Part shown: piece by piece, positions 36,238-45,567 of the stretch
Numbering within the stretch: position 1 is the first letter of the stretch
Layout: each line of letters starts with the position of its first letter
NCBI RefSeq assembly: GCF_044324785.1
Contig: NZ_CP172127.1
Origin: Escherichia coli
GTDB lineage: Bacteria > Pseudomonadota > Gammaproteobacteria > Enterobacterales > Enterobacteriaceae
Reading direction: 5' to 3' (one strand)
Length of the DNA stretch: 64,000 nucleotides
Program-made: the position numbers and the translations under genes
The notes under the pieces: generated by a model
Database searches by the model: none
The model's input: the letters and a program-made list of their open reading frames with translations, nothing else
Told to the model about the DNA's origin: nothing

Positions 36238-37605
36238 TTAGATTGCCCAACCACCCGCGTAAAATGCGACCAGTGCGGCAGTAATGATCACCGTACCAAT
36301 ATTCAGCTTTTGCCATTCGCGTGCAAAGACGCGGCCTACGACCAGTGTCACAAAGCCCAGCATAATACCGGTAACGATATTACAAGTCAGAACGATGAAC
36401 ACGGCACACACCAGGCCAGCCATAGCGTCAATAAAATCATTGAAATCCAGCTTCGAGACGTTACTTAACATCAGCAAACCTACGTACATCAGAGCGGGTG
36501 CAGTGGCGTAACCAGGGATCAAAAATGACAGCGGTGATAAGAACAAAATCAGCAGGAATAACGCCCCCACTACGGTTGCGGTCAACCCTGTTTTACCCCC
36601 GGCGGCGGTTCCTGCCGCTGATTCGATATAAACCGCTGCGGGCGCTGCGCCCACCAGGCCGGAGAATATTGAACTTACTGAGTCACTGGTCAGGGCTTTG
36701 CCGCCGTTGATGATCTGGTTGTCTTTATCCAACAAATTCGCCTGACCGGCGACGGCACGGATGGTGCCAGTGGCGTCGAACACTGCGGTCATCACCAATG
36801 CTAGTACACTCGGAAGTACAGTTGGCTGGAGTGCGCCCATAATATCGAGGCTGAAAATCAGAGACTTACCATCTTCGCCAGTCAGGCTTGGCATCGCCAC
36901 CAGACCGTGGTATTTCACCGCTGGATCAAAGATTAAGCCGATGATCGAGATGGCAATAATCACCAACAAGATCCCGCCGGGTACGCGGCACTTTTCCAGA
37001 CCGAAGATGACCGCCAGCCCCAGCAAGCTCATCATCACCGGGAAGGAGGTAAACGCACCGAGCGCCACCGGCAAGCCTTCAATCGGGTTTTTGATAACCA
37101 TTCCCACACCGTTAGCAGCAATCAGCAGCAGAAACAGGCCGATACCGATACCTGTACCGTGAGCGATACCCATGGGCAAATTACGTAAGATCCAGGTACG
37201 CACACCGGTTACGGAAATGGCGGTGAAGATGACGCCCATCAGAAAGACCGCGCCCAGTGCGACAGGAACGCTAATTTGTTGCCCGAGTACCAGACTGAAT
37301 GCGGTAAACGCCGTCAAGGAAATCGCGCAACCAATCGCCATTGGCAAATTGGCCCATAACCCCATCAGCAACGAGCCGAAGCCCGCGACCAGACAGGTGG
37401 CAACAAACACAGCTGCGGGAGGAAAACCTGCTTTGCCCAGCATTCCCGGAACGACGATAACGGAATAAACCATGGCCAGAAAGGTCGTTAAGCCAGCCAG
37501 TACTTCCTGACGAACGGTACTGCCACGAGCGGTAATTTTAAAATAATTATCCAGCGCGCCCTGTGGCTTTGGTGCGTCCGGTGTTTGTAGGATGTCTCCA
37601 GACAT
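36238..37605 (-). CDS. ghxQ: NCS2-family guanine/hypoxanthine permease, 455 aa
   Basis: Full ORF, polytopic membrane protein, AzgA-like; synonym ygfQ. Confidence 0.8.
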   Translation of the reverse strand: MSGDILQTPDAPKPQGALDNYFKITARGSTVRQEVLAGLTTFLAMVYSVIVVPGMLGKAGFPPAAVFVATCLVAGFGSLLMGLWANLPMAIGCAISLTAFTAFSLVLGQQISVPVALGAVFLMGVIFTAISVTGVRTWILRNLPMGIAHGTGIGIGLFLLLIAANGVGMVIKNPIEGLPVALGAFTSFPVMMSLLGLAVIFGLEKCRVPGGILLVIIAISIIGLIFDPAVKYHGLVAMPSLTGEDGKSLIFSLDIMGALQPTVLPSVLALVMTAVFDATGTIRAVAGQANLLDKDNQIINGGKALTSDSVSSIFSGLVGAAPAAVYIESAAGTAAGGKTGLTATVVGALFLLILFLSPLSFLIPGYATAPALMYVGLLMLSNVSKLDFNDFIDAMAGLVCAVFIVLTCNIVTGIMLGFVTLVVGRVFAREWQKLNIGTVIITAALVAFYAGGWAI

Positions 37606-37640
37606 AATGATGTCCTCACGAGGATGTTAAAGTTTTATTA

Positions 37641-38960
37641 TTAGTTGCGTTCGTACACCAGACGACCATCAACGTAGGTGCGGTAGATCGAACGGTCATC
37701 GCCCAACGTCATCATCACGAACAATTTGTCGACTAAAGAAACAGAGTTGTCATAGCGCAGCTGCTGTAGCGGAGTGGCGGTGGGTTCCATCACCACGAAA
37801 TCAGCCTCTTTGCCAGGTAAAAAGTTGCCAATCAAATCGTCAAGGCCCAGAGATTTCGCTCCGCCGAGCGTGGCCAGGTAAAATGCTTCATATGCCGAGA
37901 GGCGATAGCCTTGTAGTTGCAACACTTTGTAGGCTTCGTTTAGCGTTTGCAGCATGTTGAAAGTTGTTCCGGCACCGATATCCGTTCCCATGCCCACTTT
38001 GACTTTCTTCTGCCATGCTTTTTTCAAGTTGAATAAGCCGCTGCCGAGGTAAAGGTTGGAGGTCGGACAGAAAGCAATGCTGGATTTGGTTTCGCTGAGA
38101 CGATCCCACTCTTTTTCTTCGAGATGGACGCAGTGAGCAAAGACACAGTTTTTACCTGTCAGGCCATACTGGTGATAAACATCCAGATAGCCATCATGTT
38201 CAGGATAAAGTTCTTTCACCCAGGCAATTTCATCTTTGTTTTCACAGAGATGGGTATGTACCCACGTATCCGGATATTCTTCTTTCAGGCGTTGCGCCAT
38301 CGCCATCTGTTCAGGTGACGATGTTGGGGCGAAGCGTGGTGTAATGGCATATAACAGACGGCCATTTTTATGCCAGCGTTCGATCAGTTCTTTGCTTTGG
38401 TGATAGCTACTTTCCGCCGTGTCGAGCAGATAATCTGGCGCATTACGGTCCATCATCACTTTACCGGCAATCATTCGCATATTGATATGACTGGCGGCTT
38501 CAAACAACGCATCCACAGATTGTGGATGAACCGTACCAAACACCAGTGCCGTAGTCGTACCGTTACGTAAAAGCTGCTTGATGAAGAACGCCGACATTTC
38601 GCGGGCGTACTCTAAATCCTCATAACGACGTTCAGTAGGGAAGGTGTGTTTATTCAACCACTCCAGCAATTGCTCACCATAGGCTCCCACCATTTCACTT
38701 TGCGGATAATGGATATGTGTATCGACAAAGCCCGGTACTATCAGTTTGCCGCGATAGTCGCGCACGCGAATGGTGTCAGGAATTTGATGCTTTCCGTTTT
38801 CCCATTCGCCAAACCATTCCACTTTTCCCTGTTTAATAAGTAATAAACCATCCTCAATAAACCGCAGCGCAGAGGCAATCTCTTCCGGGTTATCGACCGT
38901 ACGGGTGACATCAATAAAACTGCCTCGTACCGCTTTTAACGTGTGTTCTCCTGACATCAT
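37641..38960 (-). CDS. guaD: guanine deaminase (amidohydrolase superfamily), 439 aa
   Basis: ORF 37641..39080 trimmed to MMSGEHTLKAVRGSF; metal-binding VDTHIHYPQ. Confidence 0.9.
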   Translation of the reverse strand: MMSGEHTLKAVRGSFIDVTRTVDNPEEIASALRFIEDGLLLIKQGKVEWFGEWENGKHQIPDTIRVRDYRGKLIVPGFVDTHIHYPQSEMVGAYGEQLLEWLNKHTFPTERRYEDLEYAREMSAFFIKQLLRNGTTTALVFGTVHPQSVDALFEAASHINMRMIAGKVMMDRNAPDYLLDTAESSYHQSKELIERWHKNGRLLYAITPRFAPTSSPEQMAMAQRLKEEYPDTWVHTHLCENKDEIAWVKELYPEHDGYLDVYHQYGLTGKNCVFAHCVHLEEKEWDRLSETKSSIAFCPTSNLYLGSGLFNLKKAWQKKVKVGMGTDIGAGTTFNMLQTLNEAYKVLQLQGYRLSAYEAFYLATLGGAKSLGLDDLIGNFLPGKEADFVVMEPTATPLQQLRYDNSVSLVDKLFVMMTLGDDRSIYRTYVDGRLVYERN

Positions 38961-38974
38961 TGACTCCTTTACTG

Positions 38975-40375
38975 TTAATCCATCTCTTCCGCTGAGGTAA
39001 TACCAGGCAGAACGTTTTCCTGTCGGTAGCCACCAGGGAGGATAATATTTAATAAAATCGCAGTTAACCCGCCAGCACAAATAGGGTTTTCAACTAGTAC
39101 ATAAATAGAGGCTGGCAATATTTTAAAAATTTCGGGATCGTAGGAGACGCCAAGCCCTAAACCTAAAGAAGTGGCGACAATAAGTGTTTCTCGGCGCTTT
39201 AAACCGTTGGTGATGATGATGCGAATCCCTGCGATGGCAATCATGGAAAACATCAACGTCATTGCGCCTCCCAGAACTGCCGAGGGAATGGTCGTGAAGA
39301 AGCCGCCAATCATCGGAAACAAACCGAGGATAACCAGCATTACCGCGATGGTTCGCCCGACATAACGTGAAGCGACGCCAGTCATCTGAATAACCCCATT
39401 ATTTTGCGCAAACGTGGTTAAGGGTAATGAACCGACAGCGGAGGCGATAACAGAAACCAGACCATCTGCCAGCACGCCGCCTTTCAGTCGGGACTGATAC
39501 TCTTCCCCCTGAATGGGGCGGCGAGAAACCATTGCCGTGGCGGTGATATCGCCGACAGCTTCCAGCACGCTAAGCAAATAAATCGTGCCAACCACCAGGA
39601 ACTGATGGAAGCTGAAACTAAACCCGTATTTGAACGGATGCGGGATGGTGATTAACGGCAAATTGCGCATACTGCTGAAATCCACCATACCCAGGCATAA
39701 CGACGCGATATAACCGACGCATAGCCCAATGGCGATCCCTCCCATGCGTAGCAACGGACTGCGACAGCAGTTAAAGCCGATCACCACAATCAAAACCAAT
39801 AAACCAACGCCGAGATGTTCGTAATTGCCGAACGTACCGCTGCTTTTGGCTGCAAATCCTCCACCAAAATCGATAATGCCGACTTTAATCAGGCTTAAGC
39901 CGATCATCAGTACCACAATACCGCTGACAGTAGGCGTAATAACCCGACGTAAATAGGGCAGGATAAAAGAAGAGCCGACAACCAGAAATGCGCCAACGAA
40001 GGAGACGCCGAAGAGCGACGACATGATTAACTCTTCGTGAAAACCGTCGCTTTTCATGCTGCTGCCCAGCGCAATCATGACCGTAACAAATGAAAAATTG
40101 ACTGACTGAATTGAGAGAAGACCAGAACCGACGATGCCGTAGCGGTTTACTTGTAACCAGGTACCAATACCAGAGGCGATCATCGCCATAGAAACCAGAT
40201 AAGCGGTTGTTTCAGCGGAAAGCTGTAAGGCCGCACCCACGATTAACGCGGGGGTTACCATCGGAACGAAAATTGCCAACAGATGGGTAATGGCACCAAC
40301 GAGAGCCTGATGAAAGGGAGGGCGATCCTCCAGTTCAAATATAAGGTCAGAACCTGCATGGTTTATATCAGACAT
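38975..40375 (-). CDS. xanQ: NCS2-family xanthine permease, 466 aa
   Basis: ORF 38975..40588 trimmed to ATG at 40373-40375 with AGGAG RBS (MSDINHAGSDLIFELEDRPPFHQAL). Confidence 0.9.
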   Translation of the reverse strand: MSDINHAGSDLIFELEDRPPFHQALVGAITHLLAIFVPMVTPALIVGAALQLSAETTAYLVSMAMIASGIGTWLQVNRYGIVGSGLLSIQSVNFSFVTVMIALGSSMKSDGFHEELIMSSLFGVSFVGAFLVVGSSFILPYLRRVITPTVSGIVVLMIGLSLIKVGIIDFGGGFAAKSSGTFGNYEHLGVGLLVLIVVIGFNCCRSPLLRMGGIAIGLCVGYIASLCLGMVDFSSMRNLPLITIPHPFKYGFSFSFHQFLVVGTIYLLSVLEAVGDITATAMVSRRPIQGEEYQSRLKGGVLADGLVSVIASAVGSLPLTTFAQNNGVIQMTGVASRYVGRTIAVMLVILGLFPMIGGFFTTIPSAVLGGAMTLMFSMIAIAGIRIIITNGLKRRETLIVATSLGLGLGVSYDPEIFKILPASIYVLVENPICAGGLTAILLNIILPGGYRQENVLPGITSAEEMD

Positions 40376-40499
40376 CCCTTCACTCCTTTTAAAGTAAATT
40401 TGATCATCTGAATCAGTAAAATAAATTCCCACGAATTTGGGGCGCAGGACGCCTTGAGAACGGCTTATCTCATTTTCGCAGTCACTATTTAGTCGTCGT

Positions 40500-40530
40500 T
40501 CAAACAGAGAAACAGGCCGCCGAAGCGGCC
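40500..40530 (-). terminator. hairpin GGCCGC-cgaa-GCGGCC just downstream of xdhD stop, U-rich tail on minus strand
   Basis: Inverted repeat read directly; possible partial terminator before xanQ. Confidence 0.4.
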
Positions 40531-40539
40531 ATTTATTAT

Positions 40540-43410
40540 TTATATTTTTTCTAGCGCGGTGAGTATTTTCTCCGGTGTGAAATGCCATTCGCGTAACCAG
40601 ATGCCGCAGGCATCGTGAATTGCGGTAGCAATCGCCGGAGCTGCGCCATTTACACCGATTTCCGAGATCGATTTCGCCCCGAACGGGCCGACTTTATCGT
40701 CGCTCGGCACCAGCACAGCGCGGAAATCACGCGGAATGTCACCAATTTTCGGTGCGCCGTAACTGCGTAAATCACGCGTTAACGGGTGACCTTCGGCGTC
40801 ATAAATGATCTCTTCGCTCATACTGTGGCCGATAGCTCGCAGGGTAGCACCGTAGATTTGTCCCAATGCTAATTCCGGGTTGACCGGTGTACCGCAGTCC
40901 AGCAAGGCGTAGAATTTATCCAGGCGGATTTCACCCGTACGCGTATTGACGGCAACTTCAGCGAAGTTCGCGCCATACGGGAAGGCGAAATCAGGCGTGA
41001 TATAACTGCCAGTTCCCACCAGTGAACCAAAGCCGGTGCCGGTTTCGCCTTTATGGGCAATATCCCCGAAACTAACTTCGCCTTTCTTGCCGCGAACGAC
41101 GCCCGGCGTTGCTAGTTGAACATCTGCCACTGGCTCACCCAACATTTGTGCACCGTGGAACAGAATTTTCTCCCGCAGATTTTCTGCTGCCAAACGCGCC
41201 GCGTTACCCGAGAAGCAAGTACCGGACGAGGCATATGCGCCTTTATCAAACAACGCATGATCGGTATCACCGGAGATAACATGCACGTCCTGCGGTGGGC
41301 AGTGCAGCACTTCTGCTGCCAGTTTCGTCACCACAGTATCCAAACCAGTACCAATATCCGCACCGCCAGAATGAACGATAAAGGTGCCGTCCGATTCCAG
41401 TTTGATCATGCAGTTAGCCTGATCGATATCCGGGATCCCTGATTTCTGCATGATAATGGCGACGCCACGACCGATGTGCCAGTCACCGTTTTGTGGTTTT
41501 GGTGAAGACCATTGGATCATCTCGCGACCCTGACGCAGGATCTCTTCCAGTGCGCAGCTGGCGGCGGAAGGAACGGAGGTCGGCGCTTTACCTTCACCGA
41601 TTGCACCGAGAATTTTCAGCTCTTGCCCTTCGTGTACCCGGTTACGTTCGATAATTTCCAGTTGGTCGATCTGTAACTGTTCAGCCAGTTCCGCTAATGC
41701 CATGGTGATAGCGAAGTTACCTTTCGGTGCGCCATAACCCTGATAAGCACCATTTGGGCAAATGTTGCTGTAGTAGGTGGTGACCTGAAAATCGACGTTA
41801 TCGCACGGATATAACGGCAGCGACAGCGCCGGTCCGTTACACGGTACGGTGAGTGAGTGGTTGCCGTAAGGGCCAGTGTTGGCGCGGAAATCCATCTTCA
41901 CTGCCGTCAGGCGACCATCTTTTTTCGCTCCCAGTTTGACGGTGACTTTCGCGACGTGACGAGAGGTGTTAGCAATAAACTCTTCTTCACGGGTGTAGCG
42001 GAACAGTACCGGACGCCCGGTCACGCAGGTTGCCCAGGCGCACACTTCTTCCAGCAGGATGTCCTGTTTGGAACCAAAACCGCCGCCAACTCGCTCTTTA
42101 ATGACATGAACTTTATGCTGTTTCATGCCCACGAGGCGCGCGACCTGGCGGCGTAAGTGCCATGGTACCTGGGTGGAGGCGTGGATAACCAGACGATCGC
42201 CGTCCATACGGGTAAAGCAGATATGAGTTTCAGTCGGGCACTGCTGCGCCTGCGTTGAGTTATAGGTTCGCTCAATGATCACATCGGCATCGGCAAAGCC
42301 TTTGTCCATATCGCCGATATGACCATGAATACTGGCGGCGATATTTTTACGGGGGCGAGAACCGATCGGGAAGTTGATGATCATATGCTCGCCGCGCTGG
42401 GCTGCATGGCTGTTATCGTCTTCCAGAGTATCTGGCGCACCAGCAACATACACCACCGGTTCATCGTGCACGACAGGCGCATCTTCCGCCATTGCTTCGT
42501 CGATCGACATTACAGGTTTAAGCACTTCATATTCAACGTCGATGAGCTTCAGTGCTTCGAGCGCAATTTCTTCACTTTCTGCGACGACCGCAGCAACGCG
42601 ATCGCCGACGTGACGCATTTTCTTGCCGAACATACGGCGGTCAAGCGGTGACGGTTCCGGTGCGCTCTGACCGCCCGGGGTATAGTAGATATCCGGGCAA
42701 TTCAGGTGAGTAATAACGTGAACAACGCCCGGTAAGGCTTCAGCTTTGCTGACATCCAGATGAGTAATCAGTGCGTGAGCGTGTGGGCTACGTAACATTT
42801 TAATGACGCAGGCGTCAGCCGTTACGCGGTCTTCAACATAGCAGGGTTTCGCCTGCACCATTTTCGCGGCATCAGTTTTAGGATAATGCTTACCAATGAC
42901 TTCAAGGTCATCGCGGAAAGTTGGAGCTATATCAATGGTGGCCTGCGGATTATTTTTACGTGCAACCGCCAGTTCAATGACCTGATAGTATTGTTGCCAG
43001 CCTGCATCGCGGCTGAACAAACCAGAAAGCGCGTCGTCGATCTCTTCGCGGGTCGGTGCGGCAATGCGATCGAGAAGATCGGTGATAATCAGAGCCGCAG
43101 CTGGATCGTTATAACCAGACTGCACCACGCCAACATCAACCATTGCCTGTTGAACCAGACTTAACTCGTTCCATTTGCCCAGAGACTCTGCGGTACGAAT
43201 ATCTGCCTTCTCTAACTGTGCGGCGATAAGCAAGGACGCGTTAACGATATTACCGTTACAGATAATTGCGTCAGAACCGGCAAACCCGAATCCATCATCG
43301 CTGTTGCGTACAGAGTGCATTCCCATGTTAAACAACAGCTTTTGCACGTTTTCGCCTGGATTAACGGTTAGCTCCTGAGGCGCGCCATTTAAAGTAAAGT
43401 GGATGATCAT
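40540..43410 (-). CDS. xdhD: xanthine-dehydrogenase-family molybdopterin subunit with N-terminal degenerate (cysteine-less) 2Fe-2S-like domain, 956 aa
   Basis: Full ORF; N-terminal 150 aa align by eye to XdhC but lack its Cys motifs; large Mo-binding body. Confidence 0.85.
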   Translation of the reverse strand: MIIHFTLNGAPQELTVNPGENVQKLLFNMGMHSVRNSDDGFGFAGSDAIICNGNIVNASLLIAAQLEKADIRTAESLGKWNELSLVQQAMVDVGVVQSGYNDPAAALIITDLLDRIAAPTREEIDDALSGLFSRDAGWQQYYQVIELAVARKNNPQATIDIAPTFRDDLEVIGKHYPKTDAAKMVQAKPCYVEDRVTADACVIKMLRSPHAHALITHLDVSKAEALPGVVHVITHLNCPDIYYTPGGQSAPEPSPLDRRMFGKKMRHVGDRVAAVVAESEEIALEALKLIDVEYEVLKPVMSIDEAMAEDAPVVHDEPVVYVAGAPDTLEDDNSHAAQRGEHMIINFPIGSRPRKNIAASIHGHIGDMDKGFADADVIIERTYNSTQAQQCPTETHICFTRMDGDRLVIHASTQVPWHLRRQVARLVGMKQHKVHVIKERVGGGFGSKQDILLEEVCAWATCVTGRPVLFRYTREEEFIANTSRHVAKVTVKLGAKKDGRLTAVKMDFRANTGPYGNHSLTVPCNGPALSLPLYPCDNVDFQVTTYYSNICPNGAYQGYGAPKGNFAITMALAELAEQLQIDQLEIIERNRVHEGQELKILGAIGEGKAPTSVPSAASCALEEILRQGREMIQWSSPKPQNGDWHIGRGVAIIMQKSGIPDIDQANCMIKLESDGTFIVHSGGADIGTGLDTVVTKLAAEVLHCPPQDVHVISGDTDHALFDKGAYASSGTCFSGNAARLAAENLREKILFHGAQMLGEPVADVQLATPGVVRGKKGEVSFGDIAHKGETGTGFGSLVGTGSYITPDFAFPYGANFAEVAVNTRTGEIRLDKFYALLDCGTPVNPELALGQIYGATLRAIGHSMSEEIIYDAEGHPLTRDLRSYGAPKIGDIPRDFRAVLVPSDDKVGPFGAKSISEIGVNGAAPAIATAIHDACGIWLREWHFTPEKILTALEKI

Positions 43411-44186
43411 ACGGCTTCCTCCCCAGCCTGTTGGCAGTCGGCATACAGGTCGGCTACCAGAACTCCCGTGATATAGCGTTTATAGGCCACGCTGCCCCGC
43501 AAATCTTCCTGCGGGAAAATGGCGTTGGCGACAGCCTGTTCAAGTGCATTGCCTTCCAGATTTTGTTTTTCAACATCGTGCAGACGCAGGGCTTTACTGG
43601 CGACGCCATCCAGCGCAATTCGCATACCGTCGTGGTCTGTCATTGCAACGGCTGCCGTCACGACGGTTAAACCTGCCTGAGAACGGCTAATTTTGCGGGT
43701 CGCACAGGTGCGATACGGATCTTTAATGATAATTTCGGTTAGCAGGCGATCGCATGGGCAGGCCAGGTACTCTTCGATTGACAGTGTTTCGCCATTGCCA
43801 AAAACCAGTTCAGCATCCAGTGCCAGCAGGACGGGAAGCAGCACAGACTCTTCCTGCCGGGCGGCGATTTCACCACCAATGGTCGACTGATTACGAACAT
43901 GGCGAGAGTAGACAAAGCCGAGGGCTTCACGCAGTGCTGCAGGAATAAATCGCGCATCACGCAGTGGCTGCAAGCGAGACATTGCGCCAATCCGCAGTGC
44001 ACCGTTATCCCAGTCAACCCAGTCCAGTTCCAGATCCTGTAAGGAAATGGCAATCTTTTTATCGGTACGGGTTGGTGTAGCGTTGAGTTTGCTGCCCCCG
44101 GCGAACCAGACGGCTTCATCCTGGTAGCGGCGCTTCAGTTCCAGCGCCTGTTCGACAGAGTCGGGCCTGAAAAATTGTTCAATCAT
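43407..44186 (-). CDS. ygfM: FAD-binding subunit (CO-dehydrogenase flavoprotein-like) partner of XdhD, 259 aa
   Basis: Full ORF; 4-nt overlap with xdhD start; FAD-binding fold AVWFAGGSKL. Confidence 0.8.
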   Translation of the reverse strand: MIEQFFRPDSVEQALELKRRYQDEAVWFAGGSKLNATPTRTDKKIAISLQDLELDWVDWDNGALRIGAMSRLQPLRDARFIPAALREALGFVYSRHVRNQSTIGGEIAARQEESVLLPVLLALDAELVFGNGETLSIEEYLACPCDRLLTEIIIKDPYRTCATRKISRSQAGLTVVTAAVAMTDHDGMRIALDGVASKALRLHDVEKQNLEGNALEQAVANAIFPQEDLRGSVAYKRYITGVLVADLYADCQQAGEEAV

Positions 44187-44236
44187 CTTCTTTCCTTATT
44201 TAACCCTCTTCCCAGCGGGAAGAGGGTATTTGTCAT

Positions 44237-45565
44237 TTATGCCAACGCATCCATCCGACGCCACATACTGGCAGCGGCTTTTCTGGCTTGCGCATAAATG
44301 GAATCGCAATCGAAGTTAAACTGACGGTCTTCATAGACCATCACGCCATTGACCATCACGCTATGAACGCTGCCTGAGCCCATACCGAAAGCGATATGCC
44401 CGGCGATATTGTCTGCCAGCAGCGGTGTCGGCGAGTTGTAATCGCAAATGGTTAAATCGGCTTTGTAACCGGCTTCCAGAAGGCCAAATTTCGCGCCAAA
44501 GTTGCGGCTCATCAGTTCGTTGCCGTTAGCCAGTGCTTTGGCAAAACTGTCAGGCCACAGCGGACCACCCGCATCGCGATGTTTAAAGAAGGCAAATTTC
44601 ATCTCTTCAAACATGTCCGAACCAATGCCGTCCGTTCCCAACGCCAGATTGCGGATGTCGCTAAGGTGATGGTTGTAGCCGACATGGTTGTTCATGTTTG
44701 AACGGGCGTTATGCACCAGGAACGCATCGCGCTGATTGAGTAGGGCGATGTCATCTTTCGACAAGTACAGCCCATGAGCGACCAGCGTTTTGCTGTCGAT
44801 GAGATCGAATTGCGCCAGTCGTGCCAGCAGGTCTTTGCCGTACCAGTGGTGACTGTAGGAAACGTCATAAAGGTCTTCCGCAGCGTGAATATGCAAACCA
44901 CGACCTGTGGCTTTCACGGCTTCACGCAGCATCTCCAGACCGGCATCCGGCACGGTAAACGGCGCGTGAGCGCCGATATGTGCTTCCACCAGATACGGCT
45001 CGGTTGCTGCTTTCTTCGCCTCATCAATCTGACGGGCGAAGCGGATGTTTTCTTCTACACCTTCCTGCAACTCTTTGATGCCGTTGTTACGGTCAGTAGT
45101 TTCAAAACAGGTCATCGCGCGCAGGCCAACTTTTAAAAATGCGTTGCGCAATGTGGAGAGCGACCCGCCGATATACGCCGGAGAGGCATGGTGATCGATA
45201 ACCGATGTACATCCGCTCTTAATTGCTTCCAGGGTACAAATCAGTCCGCTGTAATAGAGCGACTCTTCATCAAGGGCGCGATCGAGTCGCCACCAGAGAT
45301 TTTTCAGCGTTGAGATGAAATCCGGGCAGGGGGCGATGTTTGCCATAATTCCGCGGGACAGCCCCGAGTAAAAATGGTTGTGCGAGCAGACAATTCCCGG
45401 CATCACAATCCGACCATGCATCTCTTTGTAGCTGGCATCGGGGTAGCGTTGCGTCAGGGCATCGCCGATAGCGACAATCACATCATTTTCGATGGCGATA
45501 TCAACGCCTTCCTGCACTTTCGCCGGGTGTAACTGCACTGCGGTGACATTCTTCAGAATCAACAT
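44237..45565 (-). CDS. ssnA: amidohydrolase-superfamily hydrolase (chlorohydrolase/aminohydrolase-like), 442 aa
   Basis: Metal-binding HxH (VCSHNHFYSG); full ORF. Confidence 0.85.
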   Translation of the reverse strand: MLILKNVTAVQLHPAKVQEGVDIAIENDVIVAIGDALTQRYPDASYKEMHGRIVMPGIVCSHNHFYSGLSRGIMANIAPCPDFISTLKNLWWRLDRALDEESLYYSGLICTLEAIKSGCTSVIDHHASPAYIGGSLSTLRNAFLKVGLRAMTCFETTDRNNGIKELQEGVEENIRFARQIDEAKKAATEPYLVEAHIGAHAPFTVPDAGLEMLREAVKATGRGLHIHAAEDLYDVSYSHHWYGKDLLARLAQFDLIDSKTLVAHGLYLSKDDIALLNQRDAFLVHNARSNMNNHVGYNHHLSDIRNLALGTDGIGSDMFEEMKFAFFKHRDAGGPLWPDSFAKALANGNELMSRNFGAKFGLLEAGYKADLTICDYNSPTPLLADNIAGHIAFGMGSGSVHSVMVNGVMVYEDRQFNFDCDSIYAQARKAAASMWRRMDALA

Positions 45566-45567
45566 GA

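Noticed and set aside
38961-39080. Apparent guaD/xanQ coding overlap in the ORF track
   Set aside because: It disappears once guaD is started at MMSGEH (38960), leaving a 14-bp intergenic gap
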